Both the position numbers and the translations under genes were made by a program. Below are positions 38,988 through 48,532 of a DNA stretch of 61,496 bases, piece after piece. Each line of letters starts with the position of its first letter. Position 1 is the stretch's first letter. Below the pieces are notes generated by a model. The model worked only from the letters and a program-made list of their open reading frames with translations, had not been told where the DNA came from and searched no databases. The stretch comes from Actinomycetes bacterium (GTDB lineage: Bacteria; Actinomycetota; Actinomycetes; Actinomycetales; Cellulomonadaceae), in the NCBI GenBank assembly GCA_023432565.1, contig JAEYUL010000043.1:1-61496 (forward strand), written 5' to 3'.

Positions 38988-41900
38988 ATGCGCAAGTTCA
39001 CCAGCATCCTGGCAGGCGCGGTGGCGACACTCATGGTCGCGGTCGTCGTGCCCGCAGCAGTAGCCCCGTCCGCGAGCGCGCTGAGCGGCGGCCTCGGCTT
39101 CACCGCGGACAACCTGCCCACGTGGCAGGCGAACGGCACGGTGTGGGCCACGGCGGGCGTCGGGTCGACGGTCTTCGCCGGCGGCACCTTCTCGCAGGTG
39201 CGCCCCCCGGACGGGACGTCCGGCACGCCGATCACGGTGGCCAACTTCACGAGCTACAACGCCGCGACCGGTCAGCCCGGGTCGTGCCGCCCCCAGGTGA
39301 CCTTCGGCTCGAACGCCGCGACGGTGCGTGCACTGACTCTCTCGCCCGACGGCAGGACGCTGTACATCGGCGGGAACTTCTCGGCCGTCGGCGGGGTGAC
39401 CGCACTGCGCGTGGCCGCCCTGGACGTCGCGACCTGCACGGTCAAGACCACCTTCCGGCCCCAGCTCATCAGCTCGACGGTGCGCTCGATCTCGGCCACT
39501 GACGACACGGTCTACCTGGCGGGCGACTTCCAGAGCGTCGCGGGCGCTCAGCGGCTGAGCTTCGCCGCGGTGTCGGCGAGCACCGGCGCGCTGCTGCCGT
39601 TCGTCGCGGACACCGAGCTGCGCGGGTGGGCGGTGTCCGCCGGCAGGGACGGGTCCACGGTCGCGATCGGGGGCGACTTCTTCACGGTCAACGGCCAGGA
39701 CAGCCACGGATTCGCGGTCGTCGACGCGACGACCGGGGCGAACGTGCGCAACTACCCCGCACCGTTCATCCCGAACACGTCCGTCATCAAGGGCATCACC
39801 GCTGACGACACCGGGTACTACGTGGGTGCCGAGGGCACCGGCGGTGGCGTTTTCGACGGCTCGTTCGCGATCGACTACGGCACCTTCGACCAGCGCTGGC
39901 GTGACCTGTGCCTGGGGGCCACCCAGGCGCTCCTGGTGCACGACGAGATCGTGTACGAGGCGAACCACCACCACGACTGCGAGGCCAACAACCGCGGGGA
40001 GTTCACGGACGGGCTGCGCGTGTACCTGACCGCGAACCGGGTGGACACCGACGAGATGCTCGCGTGGCGTCCCCAGCTCAACGACGGTCTGGGCGAGAAG
40101 ATCGGCCCGCGCTCGCTCGCGGTCGCCGCGTCGGGCAGCACCGAGTACCTCTGGGTGGGCGGGGAGTTCACGCTCGTCAACGGCCAGCCGCAGCAGTCGA
40201 TCACCCGGTTCGCGAGCGGTCCGGACACCGGCGCTCCCGTGACGCCCACCGTGCGCGCGGAGTCGCTGAAGGCGGGCCAGGTCCGCGTCTCGTGGCGCTC
40301 GTCGTTCGACAGCGACGACGGCCGCCTCACCTACCGGGTGTACCGGAACGGCTCGTCGACGCCGCTCGCGACGATCGAGGGCGACTCGCGCTGGTGGGTG
40401 CGCCCGCAGGTCTCCTTCCTCGACACGAGCGTGAACCCCGGCACGACCTACACCTACCGCGTGACGGCGAGCGACGGCACGAACACGAGCTCGCAGTCGC
40501 CTGCCGCGTCCGTGCAGGTCCGCAGCAGCGACCAGCCGTACGCGAGCGCCGTCCTCGGTGACGGCGCGCAGACCTACTGGCGTTACGACGAGGCCTCCGG
40601 CCGCTACGGGACGAACAGCGGCCCGGGCTCCGCGCAGGTCAACTACATGAACGCCGTGACCTACCGCGGCGAGGCGAACGCGGCGCTCGACGACACCGGC
40701 TACGCGATGACGTTCGACGGCTCGACGAGCTACGCGTACGACGAGCAGACGGCCGCGGCACCGTCGGTCTACTCCGTCGAGACGTGGTTCAAGACCACGA
40801 CGACGCGCGGTGGCAAGATCATCGGCTTCGGCAACGGCCTCCCCAACACGGGCAGCAACGCCACGCGCTCGTCCGGCAGCTACGACCGGCACGTCTACAT
40901 GACGAACGCGGGTCGTCTGATCTTCGGGACGTGGACCGGCTCGGCCTCGACCATCCAGTCTGCGGCGGCCTACAACGACGGTCAGTGGCACCACGTGGTC
41001 GCGAACCAGGGGCCGGGCGGCATGGCGCTGTACGTCGACGGCATCCGGGTCGGCAAGAACGCGAACTCCGTCGCGCAGGCCTACCGGGGCTCCTGGCGCG
41101 TGGGTGGCGACAACCTCAGCGGCTGGCCGTCTCGTCCGTCGAGCGACTACTTCGCGGGCCAGATCGACGAGACCGCGGTCTACCCGACCGTGCTGTCCGG
41201 GTCGCAGGTGCTGGCGCACTACGAGGCGTCCGGCCGCACGGCTGCCGTCCAGCCTGCGCCGGCCGACGCGTACGGCGCCGCGGTGTACTCGCTCGACCCG
41301 GACCTCTACTGGCGGTTCGACGAGACCTCGGGCGCCGCCCAGGACGCGGGCCGGTACGGCGTGACCGGTACGTACACGACGACGAACCGCGTCCAGCAGG
41401 GGGTGGCGGGGTTCGTGCCCGGCGGCTCGCAGCGGGCCGTGCAGTTCAACCCGAACGGGTCGGGCAACAGCAACGGCGCCGACCTGGCCAGCAGCGTGCA
41501 GTTCAGCAACCCGAGCGACTACTCCCTCGAGCTCTGGTTCCAGACCTCGACCACGCGCGGCGGCAAGCTGATCGGCTTCGGTGACAACGCGACCGCGTTG
41601 TCGTCCAACTACGACCGCCACGTCTACATGCAGGACGACGGCAAGCTCGTCTTCGGGGTGTGGACGGGTTCGGCGAGCACGATCACCACGCCGCAGGCCT
41701 ACAACAACGGTGAGTGGCACCACGTCGTCGCGACGCAGTCGTCGACCACCGGGATGAGCCTGTACGTCGACGGGATCCTCGTCGGCACCGACCCGCAGAC
41801 CGGCGCGCAGAGCTACGCGGGCTACTGGAAGGTCGGCGGCGACGTCACCTGGGGTTCGACGTGGCCGTTCTTCTCGGGCCGGATCGACGAGGCAGCGGTG

Positions 41901-43382
41901 TACTCGACCGTCCTCACCCAGGGCCAGGTCGGGCTGCACTACGCGCTCGGCACCGGCGCGACGCCGCCCGACGCCGTGCCGCCCACCGCGCCCACCGGGC
42001 TGACGGCGACGGCGAACGGGGAGACGGACGTCGACCTGTCCTGGACAGCGGCGACCGACGACACCGCGGTGACCGGGTACGCCGTTCACCGGTCGACCAC
42101 GGAGGGCTTCACCCCGACACCGGCCACGCTCGTGGCCGACGTCACCGGCACCTCGTACGCCGACACCGACCTGGCTGCCGACACGTACTACTACGTGGTC
42201 ACGGCCCGCGACGCCGCCGGCAACGTCAGCCCGCCGAGCGAGCAGGCCTCGGTGGTGGTCGTCGGGCCGGACGTCACGGCGCCGTCGGCACCCGCCGACC
42301 TGACGGCCACGGCCGGCGAGACGGGCGTCGCGCTGTCGTGGACGGCCGCCACCGACGACCGCGCCGTGAGCGGGTACACGGTGCACCGTTCGACGGCTGC
42401 CGGCTTCACCCCCTCGTCCGCGACGAAGGTCGCGGACGTCACCCAGACGTCCTACGAGGACGGTGAGCTCGAACCGGGCACGTACTACTACGTGGTCACC
42501 GCGTCCGACGCGGCGGGCAACGTCGGCGAGCCGAGCGAGCAGGCCACGGCCGAGGTGCTCGGCCCGGACACGCAGGCGCCCAGCGCGCCGACCGACCTGA
42601 CTGCCCACGTCACGGGCAGCACCGTGGCCCTGTCGTGGACGGCCTCGACCGACGACCGCGGCGTGACGGGCTACGCGGTGCACCGCTCGACGACTCCGGG
42701 CTTCACTCCGTCGTCGGGCACGCACCTCGCCGACGTGACCGGCACGTCCTACTCGAACACGTCGGTCGACCCCGGGACGTACTACTACGTGGTCGTCGCG
42801 TCCGACGCGGCGGGCAACACCAGCGAACCCGCCGCGCAGGCCACCGCCACCGTGGTGCCGCCACCGGCGGAGCCCGTCACCGTCACGCTGAGCCCCACGG
42901 CGGACACGATGGTCAACCAGGGCGCCCCGACCACGCAGTACGGGACGACGAACCAGCTCTCGGCCCGCAGCGGCAACCCGCTGGTGGTGTCGTACCTGAA
43001 GTTCGACATCCCGGCCGTCCCGACCGGCACGACGCTCTCGTCGGCCACCCTCACGTTGCGCACCACGACCTCCGCGAGTGCGGGGTCCGTCGACCCGTAC
43101 GACCTGGTCTGGGCCGACAACGGCTGGAACGAGACCTCGACGCTCTACGCGTCGCGGCCTGCGCTCTCGAGCACCGTGGTGGGCACGCTCGCCGGCGGCT
43201 CCCAGCCGAGCACGACCTACGGCGTGACGCTGTCGCCGTCGGCGTTCGCGGGGACCTTCGGGTCGACGCGCAGCATCGGGGTGACGAGCACGAGCACCGA
43301 CAACATCTGGTTCTGGTCGCGTGAGGTCAACGTGGCCTCGTACCGCCCGGTGCTGACCTTGACGTTCACGGCGGCGCCATGA
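38988..43382 (+). CDS. Large secreted protein (1464 aa): propeller-like N-terminus, FnIII, 2x LamG, 3x FnIII, DNRLRE/CBM96-like C-terminus
   Basis: Signal peptide …SASA; two YWR.DE…E.WF.T.TTRGGK.IGFG…YDRHVYM…WHHVVA…LYVDG…IDE.AVY repeats; three D..AP.AP..L…LSWTA.TDD..V.GY…YYYVV.A.DAAGN repeats. Confidence 0.88.
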   Translation: MRKFTSILAGAVATLMVAVVVPAAVAPSASALSGGLGFTADNLPTWQANGTVWATAGVGSTVFAGGTFSQVRPPDGTSGTPITVANFTSYNAATGQPGSCRPQVTFGSNAATVRALTLSPDGRTLYIGGNFSAVGGVTALRVAALDVATCTVKTTFRPQLISSTVRSISATDDTVYLAGDFQSVAGAQRLSFAAVSASTGALLPFVADTELRGWAVSAGRDGSTVAIGGDFFTVNGQDSHGFAVVDATTGANVRNYPAPFIPNTSVIKGITADDTGYYVGAEGTGGGVFDGSFAIDYGTFDQRWRDLCLGATQALLVHDEIVYEANHHHDCEANNRGEFTDGLRVYLTANRVDTDEMLAWRPQLNDGLGEKIGPRSLAVAASGSTEYLWVGGEFTLVNGQPQQSITRFASGPDTGAPVTPTVRAESLKAGQVRVSWRSSFDSDDGRLTYRVYRNGSSTPLATIEGDSRWWVRPQVSFLDTSVNPGTTYTYRVTASDGTNTSSQSPAASVQVRSSDQPYASAVLGDGAQTYWRYDEASGRYGTNSGPGSAQVNYMNAVTYRGEANAALDDTGYAMTFDGSTSYAYDEQTAAAPSVYSVETWFKTTTTRGGKIIGFGNGLPNTGSNATRSSGSYDRHVYMTNAGRLIFGTWTGSASTIQSAAAYNDGQWHHVVANQGPGGMALYVDGIRVGKNANSVAQAYRGSWRVGGDNLSGWPSRPSSDYFAGQIDETAVYPTVLSGSQVLAHYEASGRTAAVQPAPADAYGAAVYSLDPDLYWRFDETSGAAQDAGRYGVTGTYTTTNRVQQGVAGFVPGGSQRAVQFNPNGSGNSNGADLASSVQFSNPSDYSLELWFQTSTTRGGKLIGFGDNATALSSNYDRHVYMQDDGKLVFGVWTGSASTITTPQAYNNGEWHHVVATQSSTTGMSLYVDGILVGTDPQTGAQSYAGYWKVGGDVTWGSTWPFFSGRIDEAAVYSTVLTQGQVGLHYALGTGATPPDAVPPTAPTGLTATANGETDVDLSWTAATDDTAVTGYAVHRSTTEGFTPTPATLVADVTGTSYADTDLAADTYYYVVTARDAAGNVSPPSEQASVVVVGPDVTAPSAPADLTATAGETGVALSWTAATDDRAVSGYTVHRSTAAGFTPSSATKVADVTQTSYEDGELEPGTYYYVVTASDAAGNVGEPSEQATAEVLGPDTQAPSAPTDLTAHVTGSTVALSWTASTDDRGVTGYAVHRSTTPGFTPSSGTHLADVTGTSYSNTSVDPGTYYYVVVASDAAGNTSEPAAQATATVVPPPAEPVTVTLSPTADTMVNQGAPTTQYGTTNQLSARSGNPLVVSYLKFDIPAVPTGTTLSSATLTLRTTTSASAGSVDPYDLVWADNGWNETSTLYASRPALSSTVVGTLAGGSQPSTTYGVTLSPSAFAGTFGSTRSIGVTSTSTDNIWFWSREVNVASYRPVLTLTFTAAP

Positions 43383-44053
43383 GGCGCGTGGTCACCGTCG
43401 TCGCCGCTGTGGTCCTGCTGGTCGGATGCACGGGCCAGCAGGACCCCGGCGCCTCGTCGACGGCGGGTGCGACGTCCGGTGCCGGGCCGACCGCGCAGTC
43501 CACGCTGCCCGGCGCCGAGACCGCCGAGGCCGGGCCGGTGCCCACGGTGACACCGGTGCCGCTGCCGGAGCCCGACGCCGACGCGCAGGCCCAGTACGTC
43601 GCGATCGTCGCGCCGGGGACGGACGTCTACGCGCCGTCCGTCGTCGAGGCGGGGCTCAGCGCCTGCGACCGTGTGGCGTTCCTGTCCCAGGTGGACGACG
43701 AGGCCCTCGCCAAGGCGGTCACGGGCGGTGAGCTGGCCGACGTGGAGGCAGCGGTCCCGTTGCTGTGCCCGGACCTGACCGGGCACCTGGTCGCGGCGCT
43801 GAACGGGTTCTCCGACGGCACGCTCACGGTCGGCACGGGGTCGGGCGAGGTCGCGGTGGGTCGCTACACGGCGCCTGCACCGTCGGCCTCCTGCACCTGG
43901 ACGGTGCGCGGCGCCGACGATGCCGTGCTGGCCGAGGGTGCTGCCGACGCGAAGGACGTCGCGGCCGGCCAGGCCGTGTCCCTGGAGGTCAGCAGCGGCG
44001 CCGCGGCGATCACGTCCGACGGCTGCCGTCTCTGGGTCCCCGCGACCAGCTGA
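43379..44053 (+). CDS. Hypothetical lipoprotein
   Basis: MRR plus hydrophobic stretch plus LLVGC lipobox; ATGA-coupled to the large protein; four further Cys. Confidence 0.75.
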   Translation: MRRVVTVVAAVVLLVGCTGQQDPGASSTAGATSGAGPTAQSTLPGAETAEAGPVPTVTPVPLPEPDADAQAQYVAIVAPGTDVYAPSVVEAGLSACDRVAFLSQVDDEALAKAVTGGELADVEAAVPLLCPDLTGHLVAALNGFSDGTLTVGTGSGEVAVGRYTAPAPSASCTWTVRGADDAVLAEGAADAKDVAAGQAVSLEVSSGAAAITSDGCRLWVPATS

Positions 44054-44243
44054 CCCGTCCGCCGCCCGGCGCCTCGGGTCGCCCACGTGCGGGCAGTCGC
44101 CCCCGACGCGATCGCCCGGCGTCGAGCACCGCGGCCGGCCATCGCGGTGTGGACGTGCGCCGCGGTCGCTGCCGTCGACGCCCCACGACCGAGGTCCGGT
44201 CGGCCTGCTCGTCGCCACGGCCGCTGCCGCCGACGGACGCCGG

Positions 44244-46412
44244 TCAGGTGCCGGCGGCCTGCTCGTCGGCTGCGGGCGCCGCGGGCGTCGGCAGCAGGGC
44301 ACCGGCCAGCACCCCCGCGAGCTGGTGCGAGAACGCGTCCGTCAGGTGGTTCGGGTCCGCCCGTACGGGCGTGCTCCCGATGAAAGCCGGGCAGTAGCCA
44401 TTCTCGGAGCAGAACCAGGTGTGAACGTCGACGTAGCGAACGCCTTCCTCGGCACTCCCGGCCGCCTCGACGGCGGCCTGCTCGGCGGCGCGGATCGACC
44501 ACCAGCGCTTGTGCATCTTCGAGAGGCAGTCGGCCGGCGTCGACCGGGCCGTCGCGCACGTGCGCGGGTCCTGGCCCGCGGGCGGTGCCCCCAGCACCAC
44601 GACCTGAGGGGCGAGGGCGCGCAGCCGGGTGAGGGTCTGGGTCATCCCGTCCCGCCACTCGTCGTAGGCCGCCTGGTCCTTGGCTCCGCTGACGAGCCGG
44701 TCGATCGAGTCCTCGGCGCTCGCGACGACCACCAGGGCGGGCTTGAGCGCGGCGACCTTCTCGAGCACCCAGTCGCGGTGCGGGACGCACGGCGTCCACA
44801 GCGCGCCCTGGAAGTCGTTGACCTGGACCTGGGCCGCCGGGCATGCCTGCAGGGTGAGGGGCTGGACACGCCAGCCCTGCGGGCCGAGCGCATCGCTGAT
44901 GCCAGGGACGTAGCTGGTGGCGACGGAGTCGCCGACCACGACCGCGAGCTGTGTGCCGGCGTCGTCGCCGTAGCTGCACCGTGCGACGTCGTCGTCGGTC
45001 CTGACGTCGAGGCACTTGTCCTTCGACCAGGGCGCCACCAGGGCGCCCTCGCCGAGCGAGTCGAGCGACGGCTGCAGGGCGGGCCAGGTGGACGACTGCA
45101 GGGCGGCACGGACGCCTGCGGAGAGCTTGCCCTCGGGGCTGGCGGGGTCGACGTCCGTGACGGGGTCGGCGACGCCATCGACCTCGAGCGCGGCCACCGC
45201 GGGGGCGCTCGGGCTGCGCAGAACCGCGTACCCCGACGTGATCCCCGCGAGCAGCACGAGGCTGGCCAGGCAGGCCACCGCGGCGCGTCGCCCCACCAGG
45301 GGCTCGGACCGTGGTGCCAGGCGCTTGCGGCTCTTCGGCTCCAGCCACGACGAGCGCCGGACCGGGTCCTCGACCAGGTGGAACGAGAGCACCGACAGCG
45401 CGATCGCCACGACGACGGCGGTGAGCGAGCGGGCGACGCCGGGCGCCATGACTGACTGCAGGTACACCACGACCGGCCAGTGCCACAGGTAGAGCGAGAA
45501 CGAGATCAGCCCGATGTACTGCGCCACGGGGTTCGACAGGATGCCTGCGAGTCGCGGAGGCTGCTGCACCCCGGTCCCGGCTGCGACGACCGCGACCGTG
45601 CCGAGCACGGGAACCGCCGCCCACGGGCCGGGCACGGGGGAGTGCTCGGTCAGCCGGAACGCGCCGATCCCGAGGGCCGCCAGGCCGCACCATGCCAGGG
45701 CGACGCGCCACGCCCGCCCTTGGACGCGGGCCAGGCGTTCGGCGACGACCGCGAGGAGGGCGCCGATCCCGAGCTCCCAGGCGCGCGTGAACGTCGAGAA
45801 GTACGCGACGGTCGGGACCGCAGCTGTCTGGTGCAGCGCCCACCAGAACGAGCCGACCGTCGCGGCCGCGACGACGATCCCGACGACGGGGACCCGCCCA
45901 CCGCGGAAGCGGCGCGCGAGCAGCAGGCAGAGCACGACGAGCAGGGGCCAGACGACGTAGAACTGCTCCTCGACCCCGAGCGACCAGTAGTGCTGGAACG
46001 GGCTGACGGGGCCGGTGGCGTCGAAGTAGTCCGCGCCCTCGAGGGCGAAGTGCCAGTTCGCCAGGAACGCGAGCGACCACAGACCGTCCGCCGCGACCTG
46101 GTCGGCCCGGTTCGCGAGGAACAGCACCTGCGCCGTCGCGATCGTGACGGCGATGACCAGGACGGCCGCGGGCAGGATGCGGCGCGCACGGCGGCGGTAG
46201 AACTCCGCGAAGCTCACCCGTCCGGTGCGGTCGTACTCCTTGAGCATGATCCCCGTGATGAGGAAGCCTGACAGCACGAAGAACACGTCGACGCCCAGGT
46301 AGCCGCCGGTCGGCACCCCGAGGGTGTGGGTGACGACGACGAGGAGCACGGCGACCGCGCGCAGCCCGTTGATGTCGCGGCGTCGGGTGGGGTGGGAGCC
46401 GACGGAGGCCAT
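44244..46412 (-). CDS. Acyltransferase-3 + SGNH O-acetyltransferase (OafA/OatA-like)
   Basis: RRDINGLRA, GVDVFFVLSGFLIT, RRARRILP, HYWSLGVEEQFY and SLYLWHWP; SGNH motifs GDS and D..H (DPNH). Confidence 0.92.
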   Translation of the reverse strand: MASVGSHPTRRRDINGLRAVAVLLVVVTHTLGVPTGGYLGVDVFFVLSGFLITGIMLKEYDRTGRVSFAEFYRRRARRILPAAVLVIAVTIATAQVLFLANRADQVAADGLWSLAFLANWHFALEGADYFDATGPVSPFQHYWSLGVEEQFYVVWPLLVVLCLLLARRFRGGRVPVVGIVVAAATVGSFWWALHQTAAVPTVAYFSTFTRAWELGIGALLAVVAERLARVQGRAWRVALAWCGLAALGIGAFRLTEHSPVPGPWAAVPVLGTVAVVAAGTGVQQPPRLAGILSNPVAQYIGLISFSLYLWHWPVVVYLQSVMAPGVARSLTAVVVAIALSVLSFHLVEDPVRRSSWLEPKSRKRLAPRSEPLVGRRAAVACLASLVLLAGITSGYAVLRSPSAPAVAALEVDGVADPVTDVDPASPEGKLSAGVRAALQSSTWPALQPSLDSLGEGALVAPWSKDKCLDVRTDDDVARCSYGDDAGTQLAVVVGDSVATSYVPGISDALGPQGWRVQPLTLQACPAAQVQVNDFQGALWTPCVPHRDWVLEKVAALKPALVVVASAEDSIDRLVSGAKDQAAYDEWRDGMTQTLTRLRALAPQVVVLGAPPAGQDPRTCATARSTPADCLSKMHKRWWSIRAAEQAAVEAAGSAEEGVRYVDVHTWFCSENGYCPAFIGSTPVRADPNHLTDAFSHQLAGVLAGALLPTPAAPAADEQAAGT

Positions 46413-46420
46413 GCCCGCGG

Positions 46421-48310
46421 CTACGGCTTCCCGCCGGCGGCCAGGTACTGCGGTGCCACGACCTGCGACGAGTCGTCGGTGTGGGGGCCCTCGTCACGCG
46501 GGGACGGGCGCCGCGCGGGCGGGATCACGACCTCGAGCGGACGTCCGGGGTCGCGGTCACCGGGGACGTGGTGCACGGTCTCCGGTCGCGCGTCGCCGCC
46601 CGTGACCGGCGTCTCGGTCGCCGCCTCGGTGGTGAGCGCGTCGGGTTGCGCGACCCCGGGGTCACGTCCCTGGTCCTGTCCTTGGTCACGCTCCTGGTCG
46701 TGGTCCTGGTCCCGGTCCCGGTCCCGGTCCCGGTCCCGGTCCGTCACGGGGTCCCGGCCTTGCTCGTCGCCCTGTTCCGGGTCCTGGTCTGCGGCCGCGG
46801 CCGGGCCGTGAGGCACGTGCTGCGCGTCGGCAGGCTCGAGCGTCTCGGGCTGCGTCGCACGAGGATCGAGGAGGCCGGGCCACACGGGTGCGTCCGCGGC
46901 GCCGGGGCGGTTCGGGGGTGCCTCGTCAGTCCCCGAGGCGTGCCGTCCACCCTCGGCGGGGGAGGGCTCGGGGTCGATCGTGTGGTCGTAGCCGTAGCGC
47001 GACGACGACGTCCCCCGCACACGGTTGGCGACCGCGCCGATCACGGGCACGTGAGCGGCCGAGAGTGCGGTGACCGCACGCGCCACGTCGGGGCGTCGGG
47101 CGATGCCCATCCCCGTGACGAGCACCGCACCCCCACACGTGTGCGCGACGAGCAGGGCGTCCGTGACGGGCAGCAGCGGAGGGCAGTCGAGGATCGTGAA
47201 CTCGTACTCCTGCGCGAGCTGGTCGAGCACGGCGGCCATGCGCGGCGAGGACAGCAGCTCGCTCGGGTTCGGCGGCCTGCGCCCGGCGAGCACCACGTCG
47301 AGCCCGTCCGGTCCGTACGGCTGCACGATGTCCGCGATCGTCGCGCGGCCGATGAGCACGGTCGAGAGCCCGACGGCGCCTTCGAGCCCGAGCATCACCC
47401 CGAGCGTGGGTCGTCGCAGGTCCGCCTCGACGAGGCACACGCGGTGCCCGGCCGCTGCGAGAGTCGACGCGAGGTTGGCCGCGGTCGTGCTCTTGCCCTC
47501 GCCGGGGACGCTGGACGTCACGACGAACAGCCGACGGTCCGCGCCCGCCGCGAGGAACGAGATGTTGGTGCGGAGCTGGCGGTACTCCTCGGCCCGCTGC
47601 GTGGCGGACGTGCCGGGCCCGAGCAGCGGCGAGCCCGCCCGGCGGTCCAGGCTGATCGACCCGATGAGCGGCGCGCCCGTGAGGCGCTCCAGGGACCCGG
47701 CGTCGCGCACCTTGGTGTCGAGAGTCTCGCGCAGGGCCAGCGCGCAGGCGCCGGCCGCGAGCCCGCCGATCGCGCCCAGGATGATCCACAGCGGCACGTT
47801 CGGCGAGGACGGCGCAGCCGGGGGAACGGCGCTGCGGATCGACTCCAGCCGCACCGTCTTCTCGCCGTTCTCCTGCTCGGGGACCAGCCCGCTCACAGCG
47901 GCGGTGAGGTTCTTGGCGATCGCGTTGGCGAGGTTCGCCGCACCCTGGGGCGACGGGTCCGTGGCGGTGATCGAGATGACGTTCGTGCCCAGCAGGCTGG
48001 TGACGGACAGCTGACGGGCCACCACCCCCGGCGTGACGTCCAGCCCGAGCTGCTCGATGGCCGGCTCGACGACGATGGGCCGGGTCGCCAGCTCGCTGTA
48101 GGTCCGGACCTGCTTCTGGGTGTAGTCGGACCCTTGTGCGAGGTCGTTCGTGCTGCCCGTGTCGGCGACGACGACGAGCTCGGCTCGTGCCGTGTAGGTG
48201 GGTGTGGCGAGGAGACCGGCGAGGGCTGCGACCAGGATCCCGACGGTGACGAACGACGCGAGCCCGAGCCAGTGGGCACGAGCGATGGCGACGTAGTCGC
48301 TGAACCGCAC
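46421..48310 (-). CDS. Polysaccharide biosynthesis tyrosine autokinase (Wzz+BY-kinase fusion, Wzc-like)
   Basis: Two TMs flanking a Wzz loop (TPTYTA…PSSPN); AEEYRQLRTNI, PGEGKST, EADLRRP, PPNPSELL and ILDCPP. AGGAG RBS before GTG 48310. Confidence 0.92.
   Translation of the reverse strand: MRFSDYVAIARAHWLGLASFVTVGILVAALAGLLATPTYTARAELVVVADTGSTNDLAQGSDYTQKQVRTYSELATRPIVVEPAIEQLGLDVTPGVVARQLSVTSLLGTNVISITATDPSPQGAANLANAIAKNLTAAVSGLVPEQENGEKTVRLESIRSAVPPAAPSSPNVPLWIILGAIGGLAAGACALALRETLDTKVRDAGSLERLTGAPLIGSISLDRRAGSPLLGPGTSATQRAEEYRQLRTNISFLAAGADRRLFVVTSSVPGEGKSTTAANLASTLAAAGHRVCLVEADLRRPTLGVMLGLEGAVGLSTVLIGRATIADIVQPYGPDGLDVVLAGRRPPNPSELLSSPRMAAVLDQLAQEYEFTILDCPPLLPVTDALLVAHTCGGAVLVTGMGIARRPDVARAVTALSAAHVPVIGAVANRVRGTSSSRYGYDHTIDPEPSPAEGGRHASGTDEAPPNRPGAADAPVWPGLLDPRATQPETLEPADAQHVPHGPAAAADQDPEQGDEQGRDPVTDRDRDRDRDRDQDHDQERDQGQDQGRDPGVAQPDALTTEAATETPVTGGDARPETVHHVPGDRDPGRPLEVVIPPARRPSPRDEGPHTDDSSQVVAPQYLAAGGKP
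46708..46742. repeat. 6-bp microsatellite (GGTCCC)5+ encoding Asp-Arg repeats in the kinase tail
   Basis: Five full copies and one partial copy read directly. Confidence 0.9.
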
Positions 48311-48532
48311 CTGCTCTCCTCTCGCTGGCCGGTGGTGGAGCGCGCGCGGTGCTGACCCGCCGCGTCGCCGCGTCGGCGAACCCGCCGACAACTCGGTGCC
48401 ATCTTCACACATCGGACAGCACGCGCCCGGGTGCAGTCCCCTCACAATGAGAACTCACGAGAGCGCGAAAGTGGCACGTCGACGTCCGATTTCACCCTGT
48501 TGCGCACCCGGTCAGGGCCTAGCCTCGGGGAC

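Noticed and set aside
44054..44243. ncRNA or small ORF in the convergent gap after the lipoprotein
   Set aside because: Only weak GC-driven pairing, with no promoter, RBS or recognisable motif.
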